A stretch of 64,000 nucleotides of DNA from Alphaproteobacteria bacterium (GTDB lineage: Bacteria; Pseudomonadota; Alphaproteobacteria; DSM-16000; Inquilinaceae), in assembly GCA_028281985.1 (NCBI GenBank), contig JANQIU010000030.1, positions 12,615-76,614 of the forward strand, read 5' to 3'. The translations under genes and the position numbers were made by a program. The notes under the pieces were generated by a model. It was not told the DNA's origin. It saw only the letters and a list, made by a program, of their open reading frames with translations, and did not search any database. Positions 34,048-42,547 of the stretch are shown here, in pieces. Each line of letters starts with the position of its first letter. Within the stretch, counting starts at the first letter, position 1.

Positions 34048-34126
34048 CGGGCTGCGGCAAGCAGGGTTTGCAGTGCTCCTGGCGGCTTGCTATAAGCCCG
34101 GCCTCACGCGGCCGCGCCGCGTCTGC

Positions 34127-34202
34127 TCCCCGGTAGCTCAGTTGGTAGAGCAGGTGACTGTTAATCACCGGGTCGCTGGTTCGAGTCCGGCCCGGGGAGC
34201 CA
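34127..34202 (+). tRNA. tRNA-Asn (GTT)
   Basis: 76 nt. Acceptor TCCCCGG/CCGGGGA, anticodon loop CTGTTAA, T-arm GGTTCGAGTCC, encoded CCA. Confidence 0.92.
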
Positions 34203-34312
34203 TACTTCCAAAACCGATCCATCCGCCCGCCGGGCCGGAGGCGTGACCGAAGCAGCGGTCAGCGGCCCGCCCCTGCCCCCCTGCTTCGCCGCTGCCCATC
34301 CAGGCAGATGGG

Positions 34313-35986
34313 TCAGGACCCGGCCCGGGAAGACGGTCGGCAGTCCGCGCTGTCGGTCCCTGGCTGGCACAGACCGGTGCCGATCCCGCGCTCGTCGCAT
34401 TCCCCGTCATAGGCCCATTGGCAGGAGTTGGCCCGATCCGATGCGGACGACCGGAGCCGGAGGCCCTGGCAATCGGCAGTGTCGGTACCGCTGGCGCAGA
34501 CATCTGTCACCGCCCCGGCAAAGCGCGCGTCATCGCATTCACCATCGAACGCCCATGGGCATTCGTTGCCGATCAGCGACTGCGCCGGCCGGGGCCGTGA
34601 TGACCGGCAATCGGCGGTATCGGTTCCCCGCGCGCAGCCGCCTTCGGACCCGAAAAAGCCGGTATCGTCACATGTCCCCGAAAACGCCCACTGGCATTCG
34701 TTTCCCGCCAGTTCCTGGGGCGACCGGAGCCGCAGCCCCCGGCAATCGCTGGCATCGGTCCCCCGCCGGCAAGCACCGGTAATCGCACCTTCGTAGCGGC
34801 TGTCGTCGCACTCGCCGTCGAACGCCCATTGGCAGCTGTTGTTCACGCCTGCCGTCTGGAGCGCCGGGCTGCTGCAATCAGCCACGTCGGTACGCGGCGG
34901 ACATGCACCGGTGCCGACCCCGGGGTGATCGCATTCCCCGTCAAAGGCGAACTGGCAGCTATTCGCCCCCTGGGGCAGCGAGCAGTCCGCGGTATCAGTC
35001 CCGGCTGTGCACAGGCCGGTTCCCCGTCCCGGCTCATCGCAATCGCCGTCGAAGGCAAACTGGCAACTGTTCAGAGCGGCCAGCAGTGGAATGGGCTGCT
35101 GCGGATCGATGCAATGCCGTGCCACCTCCTCTTGCCGGCATGCGCCAACGACATCGACGGTTTCCAGAACCAACATCCGCGCGTTCTGCCCAAGCACCGC
35201 CAGTCGCATATCCAGCGTGCTGGAAGCCGCCACCCGCATGCCGCTGTCCAGATCGTGATAGTCGACCCGCTCGATACCGCCGTTCCGAAGGAAGGGGCCG
35301 TCGACCCGCCCGGTCGTCTGCGATACCAGGACGTCACGGCCCTGGTATTGCGTCATGCCGAGCGCCACCGTCCGCAGCCGGGCGGTGAAGTCGTCAGGCC
35401 CCGTTTCGCCGTCGAAAAGAACGTCACCGCTCCGGACACCCTGCTCGGGGAACGTCGCGAAGTTGACGTTGGTTTCACGAACTAGTCGGAGAATCTGGTC
35501 TTCGATGTCATCGATCGTGACGCGGGTGTCGGCCGTATCCACCGTCGCATCCAGGGTGTTGCCCCGGTTGTCCAGAAGCATGCGTGTCATGGGCAGTTCC
35601 GAGCAGACCGGCCGGCCCTCCTGCCTGCCCTGTACCCAGGCGTTCTGGATCGTCGTTGCGACGTTCTCTCCAACGCCGACACCGAAGAAGTCCGCCGTAT
35701 AGGCATACTGGGAGTAAGACGACTGTCCGTTTGCGTCGAGGCGGAACACAGCGTTGACCTCGACACGCTGGCAGTCAAACGGGCGGACCCGCATCACGAT
35801 CGGTGTGGTGATCGGCGCCACATTCCGGCTCGAGACGGCCACCGGACCCGCCGTCGCAACCGGTGCGCCGCCGGCGTCGGGGGTCGTTGTCGATGTCCCA
35901 ACCGGCCCCGGCATCTCGGTCTGGCAGCTCGTGGCCATCACCGCGGCCAGGGCGAGAGCCGGTGCACGCGCATACCGCAACACCAT
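34313..35986 (-). CDS. putative lipoprotein: unassigned N-terminal region plus six 4-Cys acidic repeat modules
   Basis: ATG at 35986 with GGAG 7 nt upstream, 2 nt after the protease stop. Signal/lipobox-like ALALAAVMATSC. Six NxCxWAFDGxCD...GTDxxDC modules. Confidence 0.8.
   Translation of the reverse strand: MVLRYARAPALALAAVMATSCQTEMPGPVGTSTTTPDAGGAPVATAGPVAVSSRNVAPITTPIVMRVRPFDCQRVEVNAVFRLDANGQSSYSQYAYTADFFGVGVGENVATTIQNAWVQGRQEGRPVCSELPMTRMLLDNRGNTLDATVDTADTRVTIDDIEDQILRLVRETNVNFATFPEQGVRSGDVLFDGETGPDDFTARLRTVALGMTQYQGRDVLVSQTTGRVDGPFLRNGGIERVDYHDLDSGMRVAASSTLDMRLAVLGQNARMLVLETVDVVGACRQEEVARHCIDPQQPIPLLAALNSCQFAFDGDCDEPGRGTGLCTAGTDTADCSLPQGANSCQFAFDGECDHPGVGTGACPPRTDVADCSSPALQTAGVNNSCQWAFDGECDDSRYEGAITGACRRGTDASDCRGLRLRSPQELAGNECQWAFSGTCDDTGFFGSEGGCARGTDTADCRSSRPRPAQSLIGNECPWAFDGECDDARFAGAVTDVCASGTDTADCQGLRLRSSASDRANSCQWAYDGECDERGIGTGLCQPGTDSADCRPSSRAGS
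34340..35071 (-). repeat. six tandem coding repeats (30-33 aa Cys-rich modules plus linkers)
   Basis: Modules at aa 312-341, 348-377, 389-421, 434-466, 480-512 and 526-555 of track ORF 34313..36004, read directly. Confidence 0.85.
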
Positions 35987-35988
35987 GA

Positions 35989-36870
35989 TCAATCTCCAAA
36001 ACACAGGACGCGAACCGTGAACCGCCGGGCCGGCTCGGCCACCAGGGAGGGCTCAAGGCTCCGCTCGGAAGACCGCGTCGAATAGCTGACCGCGTTCGCG
36101 TCGAGGAACCGCGTGATGGTTGCCGTATTGATGGCGAAACTGACGTTCTGCGGAAACACGACATCGGACGTGGCGGCTGCGGAAGGCGACAGGGCACCGA
36201 CCGCGACCCCGATGATGTTGCCGCTCATGTCCAGGATGGGGCCGCCTGAGCTTCCGCGCTGGAGCGGCGCCGATACGGTCAACAGATACGGACGACCACG
36301 GGCGCCACCCACCGAACTGACCGCGCCGAAGCTCGCGGTGATGGTGGCGTCACCCAGAAGGGTCGGTAACGGAAAACCGGCCGCGATGACGTCCTCGGCC
36401 AATCTGAGGTCGGGTGAGGATCTGAAGGATCCGAAATTGTCGGTCGACAAGGATGATCGCAGCAAGGCCAGATCGTGCTCGACATCCTGGGCGGCCACCG
36501 CGGCTCCGACGATCCCGGCACGCTCCAGATGAACACGCACGGAGTCGCAACGGGAAACCACGTGGTGATTGGTGAGGACGTCGCCTTGTGCGTTGACGAT
36601 AACGCCTGACCCGCTGCCGATCGGTGCCTGGGCTGGAATGGCCGGGGTCGCGCCCGGGGAACCTTGAAGTGTCCGGACAATCAATCCGACCTGATCGCGG
36701 CAGGCATCCCGCGAAGTCGTGATCGTCTGCCCCGAGGGCAGATGGCACTCGACGATGTCGGCAAAGGCAGGCGACGGCAGCCCCAACCAAAAGACTGACA
36801 TTGCCAGGACGACAGCAACGGATTTCAAGCACGCGCCGAGGGCCGCGGACACGTGAGGGCGGTCGGGCAT
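35989..36870 (-). CDS. secreted trypsin-fold (S1, Trypsin_2-like) serine protease without a PDZ domain
   Basis: Signal peptide ending PSPAFA/D. Triad motifs TNHHV, HDLALL, RGSSGGP. ATG at 36870 with GAGGAAG SD. Confidence 0.85.
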   Translation of the reverse strand: MPDRPHVSAALGACLKSVAVVLAMSVFWLGLPSPAFADIVECHLPSGQTITTSRDACRDQVGLIVRTLQGSPGATPAIPAQAPIGSGSGVIVNAQGDVLTNHHVVSRCDSVRVHLERAGIVGAAVAAQDVEHDLALLRSSLSTDNFGSFRSSPDLRLAEDVIAAGFPLPTLLGDATITASFGAVSSVGGARGRPYLLTVSAPLQRGSSGGPILDMSGNIIGVAVGALSPSAAATSDVVFPQNVSFAINTATITRFLDANAVSYSTRSSERSLEPSLVAEPARRFTVRVLCFGD

Positions 36871-37373
36871 TACTTCCTCGTTTCAACTGGCGGATCCCGC
36901 TGGCAAGCTGGCATCCCAAATGAAACACATGTTGAAGCTCGGCGATCGGCAGCGCGTCCGTCTCCTGCGCGCTGCCTATTATCATTTCCCTTGCCCAAAC
37001 CTGGCCAACAAACCATTGCAGCCGGCACTTTTCTTGGAAGCCGTTCGGATTCGCCGGTTCTGCATGCTTACCTTTGCGGGTTTTCGCTATCTTGACGGTC
37101 TCGATTCTCCCGCAAAAGCTGATCTTGAAACGGCAGTTTGCTCCCAAATCCGATGGATCATCAAGGCTGTGAACCCGATCGCCGCCCGTTCCCGGCGTTT
37201 CGGGATCAAACTAAATCGGCCTAACCGAACATCGCCGCGCTTGACGGCCATTGGCGAATCCGGTGAGGCATATTGACCAATGCGGACGGTCAGGCTTCGT
37301 CGGACCGGACCGGGATCGTATGACATCTATGCGTGGCTCGGTTCGGGTGCGCGCGTCGAAGGAGAGGCCGCCA

Positions 37374-38012
37374 ATGGTGTCATTGCGACCTCGACTAAGT
37401 GTCTGGGGCGTGACAGGCAGCCTGGCTCTGGCTGCCTTGTTGGTGTTGGGTCCGGCGGTGTCGGCGCAGACGGCGCCCGACCAGACGGAGGGACCCGACC
37501 AGGTAGTCAGCCGTCTTGCCGACGCCACGATGGATGCCCTTTCCAACCCCGAAGCCGCTGAGAACACGGCTGTCGACGACGTCGCCGAACTGGTCGAAGA
37601 CGCCTTTGCACTGGGCACGCTTGCCCGCTTCACTCTAGGCGACTACTGGCAGCAGACGACCGCAGACCATCGGTCGGCCTATGCAGAAGCGCTTGGCCGG
37701 CACATCGCCGCAACGACCATTCGCCGGTTCCGCGACTTCGAGCCCGCGCCGCTCCAGGTTCTGGGGTCCCGTCCCGTCGGCGACGCCGACGTCCTGCTGG
37801 GAACCCAGGCCACCCGCCGCGACGGGTCCACGTCGCGGTTGTTGTGGCGGCTGCGGCCGGCTGATGAGGGGTGGCATATCGTCGACATCGTTCTGGACGG
37901 CGTGAGCCTGAGCGTGACCAGCCGGGACGAGTTCACCGCATTCCTGGGCCGCCATGACGGCCATGTACCGGCATTGACGGAAGCGCTGTCCAGCGGGGGG
38001 CTCGGGGGTTGA
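37374..38012 (+). CDS. MlaC/Ttg2D-family periplasmic phospholipid-binding protein
   Basis: ATG at 37374 (GGAGAG SD). Signal peptide ending AVSA/QT. Motifs FTLGDYWQQTTADHRSAY and GWHIVDIVLDGVSLSVTSRDEF match the MlaC pattern. Confidence 0.78.
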   Translation: MVSLRPRLSVWGVTGSLALAALLVLGPAVSAQTAPDQTEGPDQVVSRLADATMDALSNPEAAENTAVDDVAELVEDAFALGTLARFTLGDYWQQTTADHRSAYAEALGRHIAATTIRRFRDFEPAPLQVLGSRPVGDADVLLGTQATRRDGSTSRLLWRLRPADEGWHIVDIVLDGVSLSVTSRDEFTAFLGRHDGHVPALTEALSSGGLGG

Positions 38013-38722
38013 CGGCCCGGGCAGAGGTCCCTGCGGTCGTCGACCTGGATCGGGTGCGCAAGGAGTATGACGGGGGACGGATCGTCGCCTTGGACGATGT
38101 CACCCTACGGTTCGGGCAAGGCGAATCCGTCGCCATCATCGGCCGGAGCGGCAGCGGCAAGTCCAGCATGCTCAATGCCATGGCCGGGTTGGATCGCCCC
38201 ACCCGCGGCCGCGTGCTGATCGACGGCCGGGAACCGCCGTCCGCGGCCCACTGGACCCGGCTGCGGCAGTCGAGCATGGGTCTGGTCTTCCAGAGTTTCC
38301 TGCTGCTGCCGACGCTGACCGCGCGCGAGAACGTCGAGGTCGCCATGTTTCCGCGCATCCGCAGCGTCGCCGCCCGCCGTGCCCGAGCCGACGAACTGAT
38401 CGCCGAAGTCGGTCTGACCGATCGTGCGCACCACCGCCCGGGCGAACTGTCCGGGGGCGAACGCCAGCGCGTGGCGATCGCCCGCAGCCTGGCCAACGAC
38501 CCGCGCGTGCTGCTGGCCGACGAACCCACGGGAAATCTGGACTCGCGGACCTCGGCGCATGTCCTGGAACTGCTGATGGACCTGCACAAGACCCGCGGCA
38601 TGGCGCTGATCCTGGTCACCCATGACCCGGCCGTCGCCGAACGCTGCCATCGCCAGATACGCATGGTCGATGGACGGGTGGTGGAAGATCGGGTCCACGG
38701 CGGCGAAGGGCGGGCCGCATGA
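38009..38722 (+). CDS. LolD/MacB-type ABC transporter ATP-binding protein
   Basis: Walker A GRSGSGKSS, signature LSGGERQRVAIARSL, Walker B LLADEPTGNLD. TTG start overlaps the MlaC-like stop (TTGA). Confidence 0.9.
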   Translation: MTARAEVPAVVDLDRVRKEYDGGRIVALDDVTLRFGQGESVAIIGRSGSGKSSMLNAMAGLDRPTRGRVLIDGREPPSAAHWTRLRQSSMGLVFQSFLLLPTLTARENVEVAMFPRIRSVAARRARADELIAEVGLTDRAHHRPGELSGGERQRVAIARSLANDPRVLLADEPTGNLDSRTSAHVLELLMDLHKTRGMALILVTHDPAVAERCHRQIRMVDGRVVEDRVHGGEGRAA

Positions 38723-39840
38723 ATGGTTTGTCCCTGCCCTGGCGGAACCTGACCCAGCGGCCGACCCGGTCGTTCCTGACGCTGTTGGGCGTCAGCCTGT
38801 CGGTGGCGGCCTATGTGGCGCTCGCCGGCCTGTCGCGCGGGATCGACAACGCCGCGCGCGATGGACTGACGGAAAACGGGATCCACCTGATCGTCACCGA
38901 ACGCGGCGTGGTCGACATCTTCGCCAGCGCCCTGCCGATGGACCTGGAAAGCGACCTGCGCGCGATCGACGGCGTGACGAACGTGGCGCCGGATCTGGCC
39001 AATCTGGTGCCGGCGGAGGCCGATTCCCATGTCCTTCTGAACGGCTGGGGGGCGGGCAGCTTTCTCTGGGACACGGTGCCCCTTGTCGCGGGCGAACTGC
39101 CTTCGCAGGACCAGCCGCGTTCGGTGGTGCTTGGGTCTCGTCTGGCGGAAAGCCTGGGCAAGCGTACGGGGGACACTGTCGAGCTGCTCTACGAGCCGTT
39201 CCTGGTGGCCGGCATTGCCGAGTTCGACAGCCTGATGAACGACAACCGGGCCATTCTGCCCCTGTCGAGCATGCAGGAACTGACCTTCCGGAACGGGGTC
39301 GTCACCGTTTTCCACCTGCAGCTCGAAGACCCCCGCGACGCCGAAGCCCTGGCCGAGATCCGGGCGACGATCGAAAGCACCTGGCCCCGCCTGCGCACCG
39401 CGTCGCCGGAGGGGATCACCCAGGACAACCGCATGGTGGAGATCTTTCAGGGGTTCGGCTGGGCCGTGTCGGCCATTGCGCTGGTGATGGCCGTGCTGAT
39501 CGTCATCAACACGCTGGTGATGTCCGTTACCGAACGCAAGCAGGAGCTGGCCATTTTGAGCGCCATCGGCTGGGGCCGCCTGCGCATCATCGCCATGATC
39601 GTCACGGAAGGCATGATGTTGACGGCGATCGGCAGCGCCGTCGGCATCGCGCTGGGCATCGCCAGCGCGTCCTTCGTATCGGCCATGCCCGCGGTCCAGG
39701 GGCTGGTTCAGCCAGAGATCACGTGGTGGTTGCTGGTCGAGATCGTGGTCGCCGTCCTGATGCTCGGCGCCGTTGCCAGCTTCTATCCCGCCTGGCGGAC
39801 CACGCGCATGGTCCCGGTCACGGCGCTGCAGGGCCAGTAG
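38719..39840 (+). CDS. FtsX-fold (MacB/LolCE-type) ABC transporter permease with a large periplasmic domain
   Basis: TM1 (FLTLLGVSLSVAAYVAL), about 200-aa periplasmic domain, three C-terminal TM segments (ERKQELAILSAIGW). ATGA overlap with the ATPase gene. Confidence 0.88.
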   Translation: MNGLSLPWRNLTQRPTRSFLTLLGVSLSVAAYVALAGLSRGIDNAARDGLTENGIHLIVTERGVVDIFASALPMDLESDLRAIDGVTNVAPDLANLVPAEADSHVLLNGWGAGSFLWDTVPLVAGELPSQDQPRSVVLGSRLAESLGKRTGDTVELLYEPFLVAGIAEFDSLMNDNRAILPLSSMQELTFRNGVVTVFHLQLEDPRDAEALAEIRATIESTWPRLRTASPEGITQDNRMVEIFQGFGWAVSAIALVMAVLIVINTLVMSVTERKQELAILSAIGWGRLRIIAMIVTEGMMLTAIGSAVGIALGIASASFVSAMPAVQGLVQPEITWWLLVEIVVAVLMLGAVASFYPAWRTTRMVPVTALQGQ

Positions 39841-41473
39841 GCCCCTCGCCCGGCAACGCAAGCAAACCCTGTCCCGGGATCGCGTCCAGCAGTTCCCGGG
39901 TATAGGGATGGGTCGGATTGTCGAAGACATCCGCCGTCGGTCCGCTTTCGACCACCGCCCCCGACCGCATCACCACCACCCGGTCGCACAGTTCCGCGGC
40001 CAGCCGGAGGTCATGGGTGATGAACAGCAGGGCGAAGTTCAGCCGGTCCCGCATGTCCGACAGCAGGCGCACGATCTGCGCCTGGACCGACACATCCAGG
40101 GCCGACACCGCCTCATCCGCCACCAGGATATCCGGTTCCAGCGCCAGGGCCCGGGCGATGCAGATCCGCTGCCGTTGACCGCCGGAAAACTCGTGCGGGT
40201 ATCGGCCCGCTGCACTTTCCGGCAGTTCCACAAGGCGCAGCAGCTCCGCCGCCCTGGCCAGGGCCTCAGGCGCTGGGACGCCATGGATGATCGGCCCTTC
40301 GGCGATAGCGGCCCCCACTTTCTGCCGCGGGTTCAAAGCCGAATAAGGATCCTGGAACACGATCTGAACCCGCTTGCGCAGCCGCCGCAGGTTGGCGCCG
40401 GACAACCGGCGCATGTCCTGACCGTCCAGTTCCAGAACGCCGGCATCGATCGTTTCCAGGCGCAGGATGCACCGGGCCAGCGTGGATTTGCCGGACCCAC
40501 TTTCGCCGACAAGCCCGACAGTTTCCCCCCGGCGCAGATCCAGGGCCACGTCATCGAGCGCGGCAACCGGGCGGTTGCGGGAGAACAGTCCCCCCCGGCC
40601 GCCGAACGTCTTGCGCAATCCCTGCGCGCGGAGCAGCGGCGGCGCCGTGACGGCACGCGACGGGCGCGGTCGGCCATGCGGCACGGCGGCGATCAGCGAG
40701 CGGGTGTAGGGATGCTCCGGCTGGCGCAACACCTGCTGGACCGACCCGGCCTCGACAACCTGTCCGCGGCGCATCACCACGACCCGATCCGCCACCTCGG
40801 CGACCACGCCGAAATCATGGGTGATGAACAGGATCCCGGCCTCATGCCGCGACCGGAGCCCGTGGATCAGATCCAGGATCCGGGCCTGGGTGGTCACGTC
40901 GAGCGCCGTCGTCGGCTCGTCGGCGATCAGCAGCTTGGGTTCCAGCGCCAGGGCCATGGCGATCATCACCCGCTGGCACTGGCCGCCGGAAAGCTGATGG
41001 GGATGCGCTGCCATCAGCCGGGCCGGATCGGGCAAGCGCACTTCGTCGAGCAGCGCCAGGATGCGATCGCGACGCTGTCGGGCCGTCAGGTCCGAATGCA
41101 GGCGCAACACCTCGTCGATCTGCGCCCGGACGGTGAAGACGGGGTTCAGCGTCGCCATCGGCTCCTGGAAGATCATGGCGATCTCGGCGCCGTTGATCCT
41201 TGTGCGTTCCGCCCGCGACAGCCGGGTGAGATCCCGCCCGCCAAAATCGATGCGGCCCTGTTGCACGGACAGGCCACGGGGCAACAGCCCCATGATCGCC
41301 TGGGCGGAAATCGACTTGCCCGAGCCGGACTCGCCGACAAGACAGACGATTTCGCCACGGCCGACGGCAAACGATACGTCTTCGACGGCGAGGTCCCGGT
41401 CGCTGCCCCTGGGCAGCCGGACGGTCAGTCCCTCGACCGCCAGCAGGGGGCCGGCGGCGGCGGCTGTCGGCAA
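39818..41473 (-). CDS. fused double-NBD ABC ATP-binding protein of a peptide/glutathione importer (GsiA/DppDF-like)
   Basis: Two Walker A sites ([18 protein letters not shown]) and two LSGGQ signatures. The 3' end overlaps the convergent permease gene by 23 nt. Confidence 0.9.
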   Translation of the reverse strand: MPTAAAAGPLLAVEGLTVRLPRGSDRDLAVEDVSFAVGRGEIVCLVGESGSGKSISAQAIMGLLPRGLSVQQGRIDFGGRDLTRLSRAERTRINGAEIAMIFQEPMATLNPVFTVRAQIDEVLRLHSDLTARQRRDRILALLDEVRLPDPARLMAAHPHQLSGGQCQRVMIAMALALEPKLLIADEPTTALDVTTQARILDLIHGLRSRHEAGILFITHDFGVVAEVADRVVVMRRGQVVEAGSVQQVLRQPEHPYTRSLIAAVPHGRPRPSRAVTAPPLLRAQGLRKTFGGRGGLFSRNRPVAALDDVALDLRRGETVGLVGESGSGKSTLARCILRLETIDAGVLELDGQDMRRLSGANLRRLRKRVQIVFQDPYSALNPRQKVGAAIAEGPIIHGVPAPEALARAAELLRLVELPESAAGRYPHEFSGGQRQRICIARALALEPDILVADEAVSALDVSVQAQIVRLLSDMRDRLNFALLFITHDLRLAAELCDRVVVMRSGAVVESGPTADVFDNPTHPYTRELLDAIPGQGLLALPGEGPTGPAAP

Positions 41474-41613
41474 CAGGGCCTCCTCTGGCAGCGGACCGGG
41501 CGCAATAAAGAACCTCCTATCCCAACAAAACCGGGTTTGCCATACTGGTGTCAGGCGAAATAATATTCCACGAAGAGGATCGCTCCCTGAGCAATTGGAG
41601 GTAGTCTGGCCGA

Positions 41614-42543
41614 ATGAACGGGCGCTATGTCGTCACCAAGCTGCTGCGCGCCCTCATCACCATGTGGATGGTGCTGACATTCGTCTTCGTCGTTCTGCGG
41701 ATGACCGGAAACCCGGTCGAGGCGCTGCTGCCGCCGGACACGCCCCAGGACGTCATCGATTACTATTCGGAACGCTACGGCTTCGACGACCCGATCATCG
41801 TCCAGTACGGTCGCTACTTCGCCAACATCCTGGCCGGCGATCTCGGCTTCTCCTACCTGGACGGCCGGCCGGTGCAGCAGGTGATCCTGGAGCGCGTTCC
41901 GGCGACGCTGCGGCTGGGGCTCACATCGCTGGGGTTTGCCGTGCTGATCGGCGTCAGCCTGGGCATCGTCGCGGCGCTGAACCGCAACCGTCCGGTCGAC
42001 CGCGCCACCATGGCGTTTGCCGTCTTCGGCTTCGCGATCCCCAACTTCTTCTTCGGGATCCTGCTAATCCTGCTGTTTTCCCTGCAGCTTCGATGGCTGC
42101 CCAGCTCGGGCCACGGGACCGTGGCGCATATCATCATGCCGGCGGCGACGCTCGGCCTGGCCGTGGCCGGCACCTTTGCCCGGTTCACCCGGTCGTCGAT
42201 GCTTGAGGTGCTGAACCGGCCCTACATGAAGGCCGCCCAGGCCAAGGGCGTCCCCTACGGCCGCCGGATCCTGCGCCACGCCCTGCCGAACGCGGCGATC
42301 CCGCTGGTGACGATCCTCGGGTTCAGCTTAGGGTCGCTGATCGCCGGCTCCATCGTCACCGAAACGGTGTTCGCCTGGCCGGGTGTCGGCCGGCTGCTGG
42401 TCGGATCCGTCGGCAACCGCGATCTGGCTGTGGTCCAGGCGCTGGTGATCATGATCGCCTTCACCATGGTGATGGTGAACATGGCGGTCGACATCCTGTA
42501 CAGCGTGCTCGACCCGCGCATCCGGCTGACCGGGGGGTCGTGA
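41614..42543 (+). CDS. peptide ABC transporter permease (DppB/GsiC-like)
   Basis: 309 aa, 6 TM, BPD-transporter EAA-type loop (YMKAAQAKGVPYGRRILRHALPNA). Confidence 0.9.
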   Translation: MNGRYVVTKLLRALITMWMVLTFVFVVLRMTGNPVEALLPPDTPQDVIDYYSERYGFDDPIIVQYGRYFANILAGDLGFSYLDGRPVQQVILERVPATLRLGLTSLGFAVLIGVSLGIVAALNRNRPVDRATMAFAVFGFAIPNFFFGILLILLFSLQLRWLPSSGHGTVAHIIMPAATLGLAVAGTFARFTRSSMLEVLNRPYMKAAQAKGVPYGRRILRHALPNAAIPLVTILGFSLGSLIAGSIVTETVFAWPGVGRLLVGSVGNRDLAVVQALVIMIAFTMVMVNMAVDILYSVLDPRIRLTGGS

Positions 42544-42547
42544 CCCG

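Noticed and set aside
36901-36919. Sigma-54-like GG-N10-GC element (minus strand TTGGGATGCCAGCTTGCCA) about 35 nt upstream of the protease start codon.
   Set aside because: The -12 TTGC is good, but the -24 region (GGGAT) is poor. No enhancer-binding protein gene is nearby. I cannot score it without a matrix.
36920-37276. 118-aa plus-strand ORF, and the overlapping ORFs 37087..37326 (-) and 36853..37095 (+), in the long intergenic region.
   Set aside because: They have no SD, an odd composition, mutual overlap and no recognisable family. I treat them as non-coding unless expression data say otherwise.
31300-37373. Possible tRNA-associated genomic island(s) after tRNA-Cys and tRNA-Asn.
   Set aside because: There is no integrase, excisionase or transposase. 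I could find no direct repeat of either tRNA 3' end downstream. The coding GC is indistinguishable from the core. Only the gene content is unusual.
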